Made by a program: the position numbers and the translations under genes. Positions 29,687 to 39,256 of a stretch of DNA of 64,000 nucleotides are shown here, one piece after another. Location: assembly GCA_963737065.1 (NCBI GenBank), contig CAVTRC010000001.1:224001-288000 (forward strand). Direction: 5' to 3'. The notes under the pieces were generated by a model. That model was given only the letters and a program-made list of their open reading frames with translations. It had not been told where the DNA came from and made no database searches. This stretch comes from Candidatus Eremiobacteria bacterium (GTDB taxonomy: Bacteria; Vulcanimicrobiota; Vulcanimicrobiia; Vulcanimicrobiales; Vulcanimicrobiaceae). How positions within the stretch are numbered: the stretch's first letter is position 1; each line of letters begins with the position of its first letter.

Positions 29687-30229
29687 ATGCACGTCGCAAG
29701 CTACTTGATGCATCGAGAGCATGCGCCGCCGGGCTTCTGGCCATGGCGCGATGATGTCAGGTGCATCGAAGGCGTGGAGTTCGAAAGCACGGGTCCGACG
29801 CGCTTCTTCCAGACCGTGGATACGCACCCACGCAGTTGGGGACGATTGAACTGGCGCGTTCAGCTCAATAAACTTGCAGACGATCGCGCTGCACTTCCGC
29901 TCTTTCGCACGTTTTACCCGGGCGTTGAGTGGAAGCTCGCGCCGTCAGCGGACCAGCGGTGGTTTGTGACGGCGTGGTTTCGCTGGGATCGGCCGGCGGG
30001 TGAGCACGTCGAAGGATGTGCCGGCTCGGTTGCGGCCATTGAATCCGGCGTTATCTCATTTCGGATTCCCGCGTTCGATCGCGACAGCGGTGAGACGCTG
30101 CAGCTTCGCTCGCGTGTCGACGCGCGCGACCGGCGAAGCATTGCCGATTCCGTTCAATCGGTTCGGAAAAGCGACGCGAGCACCAAGAGCACGCTCATCA
30201 ACTTGGATGACGTTCTCGACCTTCACTAG
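29687..30229 (+). CDS. Hypothetical protein
   Basis: 180-aa Trp-rich ORF directly after moaA; no family recognised. Confidence 0.5.
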   Translation: MHVASYLMHREHAPPGFWPWRDDVRCIEGVEFESTGPTRFFQTVDTHPRSWGRLNWRVQLNKLADDRAALPLFRTFYPGVEWKLAPSADQRWFVTAWFRWDRPAGEHVEGCAGSVAAIESGVISFRIPAFDRDSGETLQLRSRVDARDRRSIADSVQSVRKSDASTKSTLINLDDVLDLH

Positions 30230-30342
30230 AATGAAATAACTTTGACTTTAATTTCCTTGATTGCGTCGCGCCATACCGCGTAATTTTTTTATAATGCGGC
30301 TATAATGCGTGAGTAACCTAGGCGACAACGTGCAGATCTGGG

Positions 30343-31668
30343 GTGCAGATTGTTGTGTCACTCTTGAAAGCCGATTTTGTGGAGTTGCCGGACGAGCGCC
30401 CGCCGCAGCCGAGCGACGGAGCAATTCGCGCGTGGGCCCTCAGTGATGTGCTCGATGCCGCACTGAGCAGCACCGGCGCGGATGTCGCGGAAATATTTCT
30501 TCGCGACGGCGATTCGCACGGCGTCTCTCTTGCGGCGTTCCGCGGCCCGTTTTCCGAAGCATTTCATCAAATCACGCACTTCGAAGAGGGTCAAGGATAT
30601 CCGGGCCTGGTCGTGCTTCACGGCCGGCCGGTCGAAGCAAGCGATGCGTTCGCGGATATTCGTTTTCTTCGATCGCACGTCAAGCACGCCGGCTTCCGTC
30701 ACTTTCTCTGCGTTCCAATTCCCGGGCAAAGACGGGCGATCGGAAGTTTGGACGTCGCGTGGCGGCGCGCGGCAGGACAATCGGCTTCGCGCTGCATCCC
30801 GTTATCCCGCGAAGCGGAGCGGCTCGCATTGTTGCTCGAGCGCGACTCGAACGACGTCCCGCAAAGCGGCGCTGAACCGGGTGCGGTCGATGGGACATTG
30901 ATCTTGCACGTGCTCGGCGGATTTACCGCGCGCTTGGGTTCACTCTGCCTCGGCATGGATCAGTTTGCGCGACGCAGATCGCTGACGCTGCTGAAGATTC
31001 TCGTTGCGAATTATGGGCGCGTGCTCGGGCGAGACGAATTGGTCGATCAAATCTGGCCAACCAAGCCGCCGGAAGACGCGCCGCAGCTGCTCAAATCCGC
31101 CGCGCACTATCTGCGACGCGCGCTAGGCGAAGCGCACGATGAGAAACCGAGCGCGCGATTCATTTTGACGACGGCAAACGGGTACGCGTTCAACACCTCG
31201 TCACCGCACTGGATTGACGCCGTCGAATTCAAGCGGCTCGCCGAAGAAGGGCTACGGTTGGAACGACAAGGCCGATGGCGCGAAGCGTTAGGGTCGCTCG
31301 AGCCGGCCGCGGAACTGTATCGCGGCGCGTATCTCGATGACGAGCCGTACAGCGAATGGGCGATCGCGCAGCGGCGCCGATTCAGTGAATTACATTTCGA
31401 CGTCCTCGCGGCGTCCGCTCGGTTATTTCGCATTGCCGGCGACTTCGAAGCAGCGATTCGGTCTAATCGGCGCATGCTGCAATTCGATCCGTGTTTAGAA
31501 GACGTGCATTGCGATCTCATGGATTTGCTCTTCCGCTCCGGCAAGCGAATTCAAGCGCTACGTCAATTCGAGGCGTGTCGCAGAGCACTCAAGGAAGAGT
31601 TCGATTCCTCACCGCTTTTGGAAACGGAAACGCTTTACCGCAGCATTTTGAACGGATGCCTTCATTAG
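30343..31668 (+). CDS. GAF + winged-helix + BTAD (SARP/AfsR-like) transcriptional regulator
   Basis: GAF (GQGYPGLV, FLCVPI, IGSLDV), wHTH (RDELVDQIWP..NGYAF) and BTAD (IDAVEF, LYRGAYL, DPCLEDVH, ETETLY). Confidence 0.88.
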   Translation: MQIVVSLLKADFVELPDERPPQPSDGAIRAWALSDVLDAALSSTGADVAEIFLRDGDSHGVSLAAFRGPFSEAFHQITHFEEGQGYPGLVVLHGRPVEASDAFADIRFLRSHVKHAGFRHFLCVPIPGQRRAIGSLDVAWRRAAGQSASRCIPLSREAERLALLLERDSNDVPQSGAEPGAVDGTLILHVLGGFTARLGSLCLGMDQFARRRSLTLLKILVANYGRVLGRDELVDQIWPTKPPEDAPQLLKSAAHYLRRALGEAHDEKPSARFILTTANGYAFNTSSPHWIDAVEFKRLAEEGLRLERQGRWREALGSLEPAAELYRGAYLDDEPYSEWAIAQRRRFSELHFDVLAASARLFRIAGDFEAAIRSNRRMLQFDPCLEDVHCDLMDLLFRSGKRIQALRQFEACRRALKEEFDSSPLLETETLYRSILNGCLH

Positions 31669-31674
31669 TAGCAA

Positions 31675-31707
31675 CGGAACCGGCACGGAACCGTTCGCGT
31701 CTACTTT
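31675..31707 (+). promoter_or_regulatory. Direct repeat (11-bp period) plus -10 box upstream of the nxr/nar operon
   Basis: CGGAACCG-gca-CGGAACCG-N8-TACTTT. Confidence 0.55.
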
Positions 31708-31771
31708 TATCGGAAGTGAGCTTTTTTCGCGTTGTTCGTGCGTTCAAGCTCCTAGCGATCGGGAGGGGCAC

Positions 31772-32617
31772 ATGATTCGTGTTATCGCGGCCGCATCGTT
31801 CGCCCTAATTTTCGGATATGCAACCGCATGCGCGCTTGCGGACGAAGGCGCCACCGTCTTTGCTTCCAAGTGCGCCGCGTGTCATACGATTGGTAAAGGC
31901 AAGCTCGTCGGTCCGGATTTAAAAGGGATAACCACCACGCAAAGCCCCGAGTGGCTTGCTAAGTGGGTTTCCTCGCCGAGCGCAATGGTGCATTCCGGCG
32001 ATCCGACGGCGATGAACATCGTCAAGCAATATCCGATGCAGATGCCGGACCTTGGTCTTTCGCAAAGCGACGTCACCGCCGTGCTTGCATATATCGCGCA
32101 GCAATCAGGCGGCGGCGCGTCGTCAGCGGCCGCCGCTCCCGCGGTCAAATTTCCCGCGGGCGATGCCGAAGCCGGGCGCGAGCTCTTCGTCGGCAACAAA
32201 CGGCTTCAGAACGGCGGGCCGCCATGCATGTCGTGCCACAGTATTTCCGGCATCGGCGCGCTCGGCGGGGGAACGCTCGGACCCGACCTCACCAACGTGT
32301 TTACGACGCTTGGCGGTGAAGCGGGGACGGAGTCGTTTCTGAGCAGCGTGCCGACGCCGACGATGAGCGCCGTTTGGTCGAAGCACCCGCTGACGCCGCA
32401 AGAGATCGCGAACCTCGTGGCTTTCATTAAAGAAGGCGAAGTTGCGCAGCGCTCTCCCGGAATTTTGGCGCAGCTGATCGTGCTTGCGATCATTGCTGCA
32501 CTGATATTGGTCATCATTTTTGCAACGTATTGGCGGCGGCGGCTGCGCGGGGTTCGCATCCCGCTCGTCGCGCGCGCGAATGCGACGTTCCTCAGTAAAG
32601 AACCTCGGAGGCTGTAA
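31772..32617 (+). CDS. Membrane-anchored diheme cytochrome c (NarC-like / NXR-associated)
   Basis: Signal peptide, CAACH and CMSCH motifs, C-terminal TM helix; 3 nt before the alpha subunit. Confidence 0.9.
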   Translation: MIRVIAAASFALIFGYATACALADEGATVFASKCAACHTIGKGKLVGPDLKGITTTQSPEWLAKWVSSPSAMVHSGDPTAMNIVKQYPMQMPDLGLSQSDVTAVLAYIAQQSGGGASSAAAAPAVKFPAGDAEAGRELFVGNKRLQNGGPPCMSCHSISGIGALGGGTLGPDLTNVFTTLGGEAGTESFLSSVPTPTMSAVWSKHPLTPQEIANLVAFIKEGEVAQRSPGILAQLIVLAIIAALILVIIFATYWRRRLRGVRIPLVARANATFLSKEPRRL

Positions 32618-32620
32618 CCG

Positions 32621-35600
32621 ATGGGTTGGATTCAGGACTTAGTCGACCCGAAGTCTCGCCGCTGGGAAGAGTTTTACCGTAATCGCTGGATGCACGATCA
32701 GATCGTGCGCAGCACGCACGGCGTAAATTGTACCGGTGGATGCTCGTGGGCCGTCTACGTGAAGGACGGCATCATCACGTGGGAGATGCAGCAGACGGAT
32801 TATCCGCTGCTCGAAAAGGGGCTCCCACCGTACGAACCGCGCGGCTGCCAGCGCGGCATATCGGCTTCGTGGTACGTTTACAGCCCAATTCGCGTCAAGT
32901 ATCCGTACATTCGCGGAGCGCTGCTGGATTTTTGGCGCAAAGCGAAGACGCAATACTCGAACCCCATCGAAGCCTGGGGATCGATCGTCGAAGACGACCA
33001 AAAGCGCAAACGGTATCAACGCGCACGCGGCAAAGGCGGCTACCGGCGGACGAACTGGGACGAGGTCCTCGAGCTGATCACCGCCTCATGTCTCTACACG
33101 GCGAAGAAATGGGGGCCGGACCGCATCTTCGGGTTCGCGCCGATTCCCGCGTTTTCGTTTGCGTCGTATGCCAGCGGTGCGCGCTTCCTGCAGCTCATCG
33201 GCGGCGTCAACATGAGCTTCTACGATTGGTACGCCGATCTCCCGAACGCGTTTCCGGAAGTCTGGGGCGACCAAACGGATGTCTGTGAAAGCGCCGACTG
33301 GTACAACTCGAGTTACATCGTCTCGATCGCGGCGAATTTAAACATGACGCGTACACCCGACGTGCACTTCATTTCCGAAGCGCGCACGAACGGGAGCAAA
33401 TTTGTCGTCATCTCGCCGGATTTCAATCAGGTCGCGAAGTACGCGGACAACTGGATTCCAATCAAAGCCGGCCAAGACACGGCGTTCTGGATGGCGGTCA
33501 ATCACGTCATCTTGAAAGAGTATCACCACGATCGCACGGTGCCGTACTTCGATCGCTACGTGAGGCAATACACTGATGCACCGTTCCTCGTCGAGGTGAC
33601 GGGAGACGCGACGTCGGGATACAAGGCCGGTCAGTTGCTGCGCGCGAATCGCGTCGCCCGCTACGCCGACGTAGAGAACGGCGAGTGGAAGATGCTGATG
33701 ATGGACGGGCAAACTAATGCGCCGAAAATGCCGATGGGCACGGTTGGCTTCCGCTGGCAGAAACAAAAAGGACAGTGGAACCTCAAACTCGAGGACGGCA
33801 TGGACGGCAGTCCGATCGATCCGGTCCTGACCTTCATCGATAAAAACGACGGCGTGGTCGACGTCGACTATTATGAGTTCGCATCGAAGACGATGAGCCG
33901 CCGCGGCGTTCCGGTCCGTTACATTGAAACAGCGAAGGGCCGCGTCCCCGTTGCGACGGTATTCGATCTTTACATGGCGCAGTATGGCGTGAACCGCGGG
34001 CTTTCGGGCGAGTACGCGGCAAGCTACGACGAGGTCGGACCGTACACGCCGGCGTGGCAAGAGCAATACACCGGAATCGGTCGCGAGACCGTGATTCGCT
34101 TCGCGCGCGAGTTCGCGACGAACGCTGAGCTCACGAACGGCCGCTCGATGTGCATCACCGGCGCGAGCCTCAATCACTGGTACAACAACGGCCTTGCCTA
34201 CCGGGGGCCGATCAATGCACTGCTCTTCACCGGGTGTTGCGGCGTGAACGGTGGCGGCATGAACCACTACGTCGGCCAAGAGAAGCTTGCGCCGGCCGCC
34301 CCGTGGGCCACGATTGCGTTTGCGCTCGACTGGCAGAAGCCGCCGAGGCGCGCGCAGTCGCCCGTCTGGCATTACGTGATGAGCGATCAGTGGCACTATG
34401 AGGGCGACTTCACCGAGTATGCGGCCGTTCCACCGGACGCGAAATACGCCAAAGGCCACTGCATGGACATCGAGCGCGATGCCGTTATGCGCGGATGGAT
34501 GCCGCACTATCCGCAACTCGAAGACAATCCGCTCGACACCGTACGCGAGGCGCAGGCGGCCGGCGCAACCGACGACGCCGCAATCATTCAGAACGTCGTC
34601 GATCGATTGAAGTCGGGCAAGCTGAAGTGGGCGATCGAAGATCCGGACGCGGAGCAAAATTGGCCGCGCGTTTGGTTCATATGGCGCGGCAACGCAATCA
34701 TGGCGAGCGCCAAAGGTCATGAGTTCTTTTTGCGTCACTACCTCGGCACGCACGATAATGCGATCGCCGAAGACCGCGCAAAAGGCCACGTGAAAAAGGT
34801 GACGTTCCGCGAGCCGGCGCCGCGGGGCAAGTTCGATTTAGTCGTCGACATCAACTTCCGGATGGATACGTCGGCGTTGTACTCGGATATCGTTCTGCCG
34901 ACGGCCATGTGGTACGAGAAGAACGATCTCAATACGACGGATCTTCACTCGTTCGTCCACGTGCTCGGCGCCGCCGTGCCGCCCGTTTGGGAATCGAAGA
35001 CCGATTGGGACATCTTCAAAGCGCTTGCGCGCAAGTTTAGCGAGCTCGCACCGCTTGCGTTCCCTGAACCGGTCAAGGACGTCGTGATGCAGCCGCTCAT
35101 GCACGACACGCCGGACGAGATCACACAGGCCGAAGTGCTCGATTGGACGGCCGGCGACTGCGAGCCGATCCCGGGCAAGACGATGCCGCATATGCGCGTC
35201 GTGACCCGCGACTACAGCCAGGTCTACAACAAATATATTACGCTCGGGCCGAATGTTCCAAAAGACGGGATGTCGTTCAACGGCGTACACGTACCGGCTG
35301 AGAAGTTCTACAATCAGCTTCTTCAGAATCCGGTTAGCCTTACGCCCGATTCGCGCCATATGCGTTGCGTTCAGTGGAACGGGCAAAAATATCCGAGCCT
35401 CGAGGACGCGCTCGACGTCTGCAATACGATCCTGCATCTTGCGCCGGAAACGAACGGCGACGTCTCATACGAGACGTTCGCTCACGAGGAAGAAGAAACG
35501 GGCGTCCCGCTCAAGGATCTCGCTGAAGGAGTCCGCGGGGTGCGCATGAACTTCGGCGATATCACGAGGCAGATCAAACGCTTGCTGATCAGTCCATGTT

Positions 35601-36268
35601 GGACCGGAATGATCAATGACGGTCGAGCGTATTCCGCGTGGTGCCTAAACGTCGAACGCTTGGTGCCATGGCGGACGGTTACCGGACGTTCGCAGCTCTA
35701 CATGGATCATCCGTGGTACATCGACTTCGGCGAGCACTTCGCAACGTACAAGCCGAAGCTCGATCCGCACAAGACCGGCGATATCGTGTTGAGTCCGGTT
35801 GATGACAAGTGCCTCATCCTGAACTACATCACCCCTCACGGAAAGTGGCACATCCATTCGACGTACTATGACAACCTCCGCATGCTGACGCTTTCGCGTG
35901 GGATGGAGCCGTGCTGGATCAACGACAAAGATGCCGCACGCATAGGAATCGTCGACAATCAATGGGTCGAGGTCTATAACGACAACGGCGTCATGGTGAC
36001 GCGCGCTGCGGTCAGCGCACGCGTGCAACCGGGAACGTGCATGATCTACCACGCACCCGACCGCACGATCTCCATGCCGAAATCACAGGTTCGCGGCGGA
36101 CGGCGCGCCGGCGGACACAACAGTCTCACGCGCACGCGGATGAATCCGCTTCAAATTGCCGGCGGGTACGGCCAATTCACGTATGGTTTCAATTACTGGG
36201 GGCCGATCGGGATTATGACCCGCGACACGTACGCCGTCGTGCGTGCGCTCAGTAAATTAGAATGGTAA
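32621..36268 (+). CDS. nxrA/narG: Nitrite oxidoreductase / respiratory nitrate reductase alpha subunit (Nitrobacter-like NxrA/NarG, cytoplasm-facing)
   Basis: STHGVNCTGGC FS0 motif, SFYDWYADLP Mo-ligand Asp, HYVGQEK, TPHGKWHIHS; no Tat signal. Confidence 0.95.
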   Translation: MGWIQDLVDPKSRRWEEFYRNRWMHDQIVRSTHGVNCTGGCSWAVYVKDGIITWEMQQTDYPLLEKGLPPYEPRGCQRGISASWYVYSPIRVKYPYIRGALLDFWRKAKTQYSNPIEAWGSIVEDDQKRKRYQRARGKGGYRRTNWDEVLELITASCLYTAKKWGPDRIFGFAPIPAFSFASYASGARFLQLIGGVNMSFYDWYADLPNAFPEVWGDQTDVCESADWYNSSYIVSIAANLNMTRTPDVHFISEARTNGSKFVVISPDFNQVAKYADNWIPIKAGQDTAFWMAVNHVILKEYHHDRTVPYFDRYVRQYTDAPFLVEVTGDATSGYKAGQLLRANRVARYADVENGEWKMLMMDGQTNAPKMPMGTVGFRWQKQKGQWNLKLEDGMDGSPIDPVLTFIDKNDGVVDVDYYEFASKTMSRRGVPVRYIETAKGRVPVATVFDLYMAQYGVNRGLSGEYAASYDEVGPYTPAWQEQYTGIGRETVIRFAREFATNAELTNGRSMCITGASLNHWYNNGLAYRGPINALLFTGCCGVNGGGMNHYVGQEKLAPAAPWATIAFALDWQKPPRRAQSPVWHYVMSDQWHYEGDFTEYAAVPPDAKYAKGHCMDIERDAVMRGWMPHYPQLEDNPLDTVREAQAAGATDDAAIIQNVVDRLKSGKLKWAIEDPDAEQNWPRVWFIWRGNAIMASAKGHEFFLRHYLGTHDNAIAEDRAKGHVKKVTFREPAPRGKFDLVVDINFRMDTSALYSDIVLPTAMWYEKNDLNTTDLHSFVHVLGAAVPPVWESKTDWDIFKALARKFSELAPLAFPEPVKDVVMQPLMHDTPDEITQAEVLDWTAGDCEPIPGKTMPHMRVVTRDYSQVYNKYITLGPNVPKDGMSFNGVHVPAEKFYNQLLQNPVSLTPDSRHMRCVQWNGQKYPSLEDALDVCNTILHLAPETNGDVSYETFAHEEEETGVPLKDLAEGVRGVRMNFGDITRQIKRLLISPCWTGMINDGRAYSAWCLNVERLVPWRTVTGRSQLYMDHPWYIDFGEHFATYKPKLDPHKTGDIVLSPVDDKCLILNYITPHGKWHIHSTYYDNLRMLTLSRGMEPCWINDKDAARIGIVDNQWVEVYNDNGVMVTRAAVSARVQPGTCMIYHAPDRTISMPKSQVRGGRRAGGHNSLTRTRMNPLQIAGGYGQFTYGFNYWGPIGIMTRDTYAVVRALSKLEW

Positions 36269-36297
36269 ACGGCGCTAAATTAGAATGGTAAACGGCG
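36253..36297 (+). repeat. Tandem 22-bp duplication spanning the alpha-subunit stop codon
   Basis: TAAATTAGAATGGTAAACGGCG at 36253-36274 and 36276-36297. Confidence 0.95.
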
Positions 36298-36326
36298 ATC
36301 GCAGGATCCACGGGAGTTCGTAAATT

Positions 36327-37832
36327 ATGGACATACGCGCACAAGTATCAATGGTTTTCCACCTCGACAAGTGTATCGGTTGCCACACGTGCAGCATCGC
36401 GTGCAAGAACATATGGACCGACCGTAAAGGCACCGAGTACATGTGGTGGAACAACGTCGAAACGAAGCCCGGTACGGGCTATCCCACCACATGGGAAGAT
36501 CAAAGCAAATATCGCGGCGGCTGGGTCAAAGACGGCGACCGTCTGCGGCTCAAATTGCAAGGCCGCGCCGAAGGATTGGGAAACATCTTCTTCAATCCGA
36601 ATCTGCCGACGATCGACGACTATTACGAGCCGTGGACGTATCAATACGACGAGCTCTTCAATGCGCCCGAAGGCGACGATCAGCCGACTGCCCGTCCCAT
36701 ATCGCTGATCACCGGCAAACCGATGGATATCGAGGCGGGGCCAAACTGGGACGATGATCTCGGCGGCTCGCCCGTCTATGCCAGCAACGACGTCAATCTC
36801 GACAAGCTGAGCGACAAGGAACGCGAGCAGCTCAACGAAGTCGAACGGCTCGTTTTCTTCTACCTTCCCCGCATCTGCAATCACTGCCTGAATCCGGCGT
36901 GCGTCGGCGCATGCCCGTCGGGAGCGATCTACAAGCGCGGCGAAGACGGCATCGTCCTGATCAGTCAGGAAAAATGCCGGGCGTGGCGCATGTGCATCTC
37001 CGGCTGTCCGTATAAGAAGACCTACTACAACTGGTCGACGGGAAAGTCCGAGAAGTGCATTCTGTGCTATCCGCGTCTCGAGACGGGACAAGCACCGGCA
37101 TGCTTCCATTCATGCGTCGGGCGCATCCGGTATCTCGGCTTGCTGCTTTACGATGCGGATCGCATTACCGAGGCTGCGCTCCACGACGACGCGGATCTCG
37201 TGTACGCGCAACGCGATATCATTCAGGATCCGTTCGATCCGGTCGTGATCGCCGCGGCGAAAGCAAACGGCGTCACGGATCTTCAGCTCGCTGCCGCGCA
37301 GAACTCCCCGGTCTACAAGTTCGTGAAGCGGTGGGGCCTCGCGCTGCCGCTGCATCCCGAATTCCGCACGATGCCGATGTTGTTCTACGTACCGCCGATG
37401 CTGCCGGTCCTCGGACGAATGAACGAAAGCGGCATCTACGATAACTCAGGCATCGAAGGCCTCGGACAAATGATCAGCTCGCTCGAACAAGCGCGCGTTC
37501 CGATCAAGTACATGGCCAGCCTATTCACCGCAGGAAACACGCAGATCGTGGAAGAGGTTTACCGCAAACAAATCGCCGTCCGCTTATACAAGCGCTCGCA
37601 GCGGGTGAAAGACATCAGCGCCGCTGAAGCGCAAGAAGCGATGCGTATCGGACGAACGACGCCGGAAGAGTGCGAGGCGATCTTCAATCTCACGTCGCTT
37701 CCCACGTTTGAAGAACGGTTCGTGATTCCCGCGATGGCTCGCGAAGAAGCGGTGGAACAGTTCCTCGATCCGTACACCCACAAACCGGCGGCCGGCTTCG
37801 GCTTCCGCGAGACGCCCGCACGCAGATGGTAG
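36327..37832 (+). CDS. nxrB/narH: Beta (Fe-S) subunit NxrB/NarH
   Basis: LDKCIGCHTCSIACK, RICNHCLNPACVGACP, CRAWRMCISGCP and CILCYPR. Confidence 0.95.
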   Translation: MDIRAQVSMVFHLDKCIGCHTCSIACKNIWTDRKGTEYMWWNNVETKPGTGYPTTWEDQSKYRGGWVKDGDRLRLKLQGRAEGLGNIFFNPNLPTIDDYYEPWTYQYDELFNAPEGDDQPTARPISLITGKPMDIEAGPNWDDDLGGSPVYASNDVNLDKLSDKEREQLNEVERLVFFYLPRICNHCLNPACVGACPSGAIYKRGEDGIVLISQEKCRAWRMCISGCPYKKTYYNWSTGKSEKCILCYPRLETGQAPACFHSCVGRIRYLGLLLYDADRITEAALHDDADLVYAQRDIIQDPFDPVVIAAAKANGVTDLQLAAAQNSPVYKFVKRWGLALPLHPEFRTMPMLFYVPPMLPVLGRMNESGIYDNSGIEGLGQMISSLEQARVPIKYMASLFTAGNTQIVEEVYRKQIAVRLYKRSQRVKDISAAEAQEAMRIGRTTPEECEAIFNLTSLPTFEERFVIPAMAREEAVEQFLDPYTHKPAAGFGFRETPARRW

Positions 37833-37836
37833 GCGC

Positions 37837-38469
37837 ATGAGCATGACATCCCAAACGCGGATACTCGAGTTGTTCGCCGATCTTCTCGACTATCCGCGTC
37901 CGGATTTGGACATCCCGGCGGCAGCGCGTGAATGTCGCGCGCTCGTTGTTGAGGAAAGCCCCGACGCGGCCGCGATGTTGGACGAATTCATTGGGTTCGC
38001 AGAGCGGACGCCGCGAGACACGATTGAAGAAATCTTCTCTGCGACGTTCGACTTGAATGCATCGTGTCATCCGTACGTCGGATACCACATGTTCGGCGAA
38101 TCGTATCCACGCAGCTTGTTCATGTTGGAACTCAAGGAGCGCTTTCGGGGTCAGAATTTCGACCCCGGAATCGAACTGCCGGACCACATCGGAGTGCTGC
38201 TGCGATTCGCATCGGTATGCAACGACGATGCGTTGCGTGACGAAGTCATTCGGGACGCGGTACTTCCAACACTCGGGCCCATGACGCTTGCGCCGGAAAG
38301 CGCACCCGTACTCGACGAAGGCGAAGGTGCGGCGCCCGAAGTGTTCGACGTCGGAACCGATTACCGTCGCATCTTGCAGGCCCTGCAATTCGTATTACAA
38401 GCACGCTACGGTGCGCCGGCGAAGCTGAAGCCGGTGCCCGTTCCGGAGTCTGAGCGTCTGGTTTCCTAA
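37837..38469 (+). CDS. narJ: Molybdoenzyme maturation chaperone NarJ
   Basis: LLDYP, TFDL..PYVGYH and ELPDHIGVLLRF. Confidence 0.92.
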   Translation: MSMTSQTRILELFADLLDYPRPDLDIPAAARECRALVVEESPDAAAMLDEFIGFAERTPRDTIEEIFSATFDLNASCHPYVGYHMFGESYPRSLFMLELKERFRGQNFDPGIELPDHIGVLLRFASVCNDDALRDEVIRDAVLPTLGPMTLAPESAPVLDEGEGAAPEVFDVGTDYRRILQALQFVLQARYGAPAKLKPVPVPESERLVS

Positions 38470-38496
38470 CGTTAGCAGAACGAGCGGAGGAACTTC

Positions 38497-39234
38497 ATGT
38501 CTGACACGTTTCTCTGGGACGTATGGCCCTACGTCGCCTTCGCAATCTTTATCTTCGGCGGGCTGTACCGCTACCTGAGAGATCGCTTCTCCTTCTCCAG
38601 CCAGTCGTCGCAATTCTTGGAGAATCGTTTCCTCTTTTGGGGATCGACGATGTGGCACTACGCGATCATTCTCATCTTGATTCCGCACACGCTCGGGTTT
38701 TTGTTCCCGCAAGCATGGGCGGCGCTCATCGAGAATCAGACGCGGCTTTACATCCTCGAGATCACCGGCCTCGCACTAGCCGTCATGGCGATCATCGGCC
38801 TCTTCACGTTGATCTTCCGGCGTTTATCGAGTCCGCGCATACAATTCGTCACCACGGGAATGGACTGGGTCCTGCTCGCATCCCTCGCGCTTCAAGTCGT
38901 CATGGGATTTTGGATCGCGTTCTTCTATCGCTGGGGCTCCGAGTGGTATCTGCATACATCCGTGCCGTGGCTGCGTTCGCTTGCCGCGTTCAACCCGCAA
39001 ATTCAATACGTTACCGCTATGCCGGTGCCGGTGAAGATTCACATGTTCAACGCGTTCGTGTTGCTTGCGCTCTTCCCGTTCACTCGCCTCGCGCACGTCG
39101 TAACGGCTCCGCTGTTCTATCTGATCAGACCGTATCAAGTCGTAATCTGGTATCGCCAGCGTAACCTTCCGTATGGTGCACCCGCCGGAAGCGAGCGCGT
39201 CGGCCCCGATGTACCGTATCTGCGACACGGCTGA
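38497..39234 (+). CDS. narI: Gamma subunit, membrane cytochrome b (NarI/NxrC)
   Basis: SSQSSQFLE, four candidate heme-ligand His (WHY, IPH, KIH, LAH) and LFPFTRLAH. Confidence 0.95.
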   Translation: MSDTFLWDVWPYVAFAIFIFGGLYRYLRDRFSFSSQSSQFLENRFLFWGSTMWHYAIILILIPHTLGFLFPQAWAALIENQTRLYILEITGLALAVMAIIGLFTLIFRRLSSPRIQFVTTGMDWVLLASLALQVVMGFWIAFFYRWGSEWYLHTSVPWLRSLAAFNPQIQYVTAMPVPVKIHMFNAFVLLALFPFTRLAHVVTAPLFYLIRPYQVVIWYRQRNLPYGAPAGSERVGPDVPYLRHG

Positions 39235-39256
39235 GGTTTAACGAGTCCGCCGAAGC

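Noticed and set aside
30230..30342. AT-rich stretch as a genomic-island boundary
   Set aside because: No integrase, tRNA or att repeat seen; adequately explained as promoter DNA. Horizontal origin of the operon remains untested
31730..31748. FNR box upstream of the nxr/nar operon (TTGTT-N6-TTCAA)
   Set aside because: Wrong spacer and mismatched half-sites versus TTGAT-N4-ATCAA
36253..36297. CRISPR repeat or IS target-site duplication
   Set aside because: Only two copies, 1-nt spacer, and no cas or transposase gene
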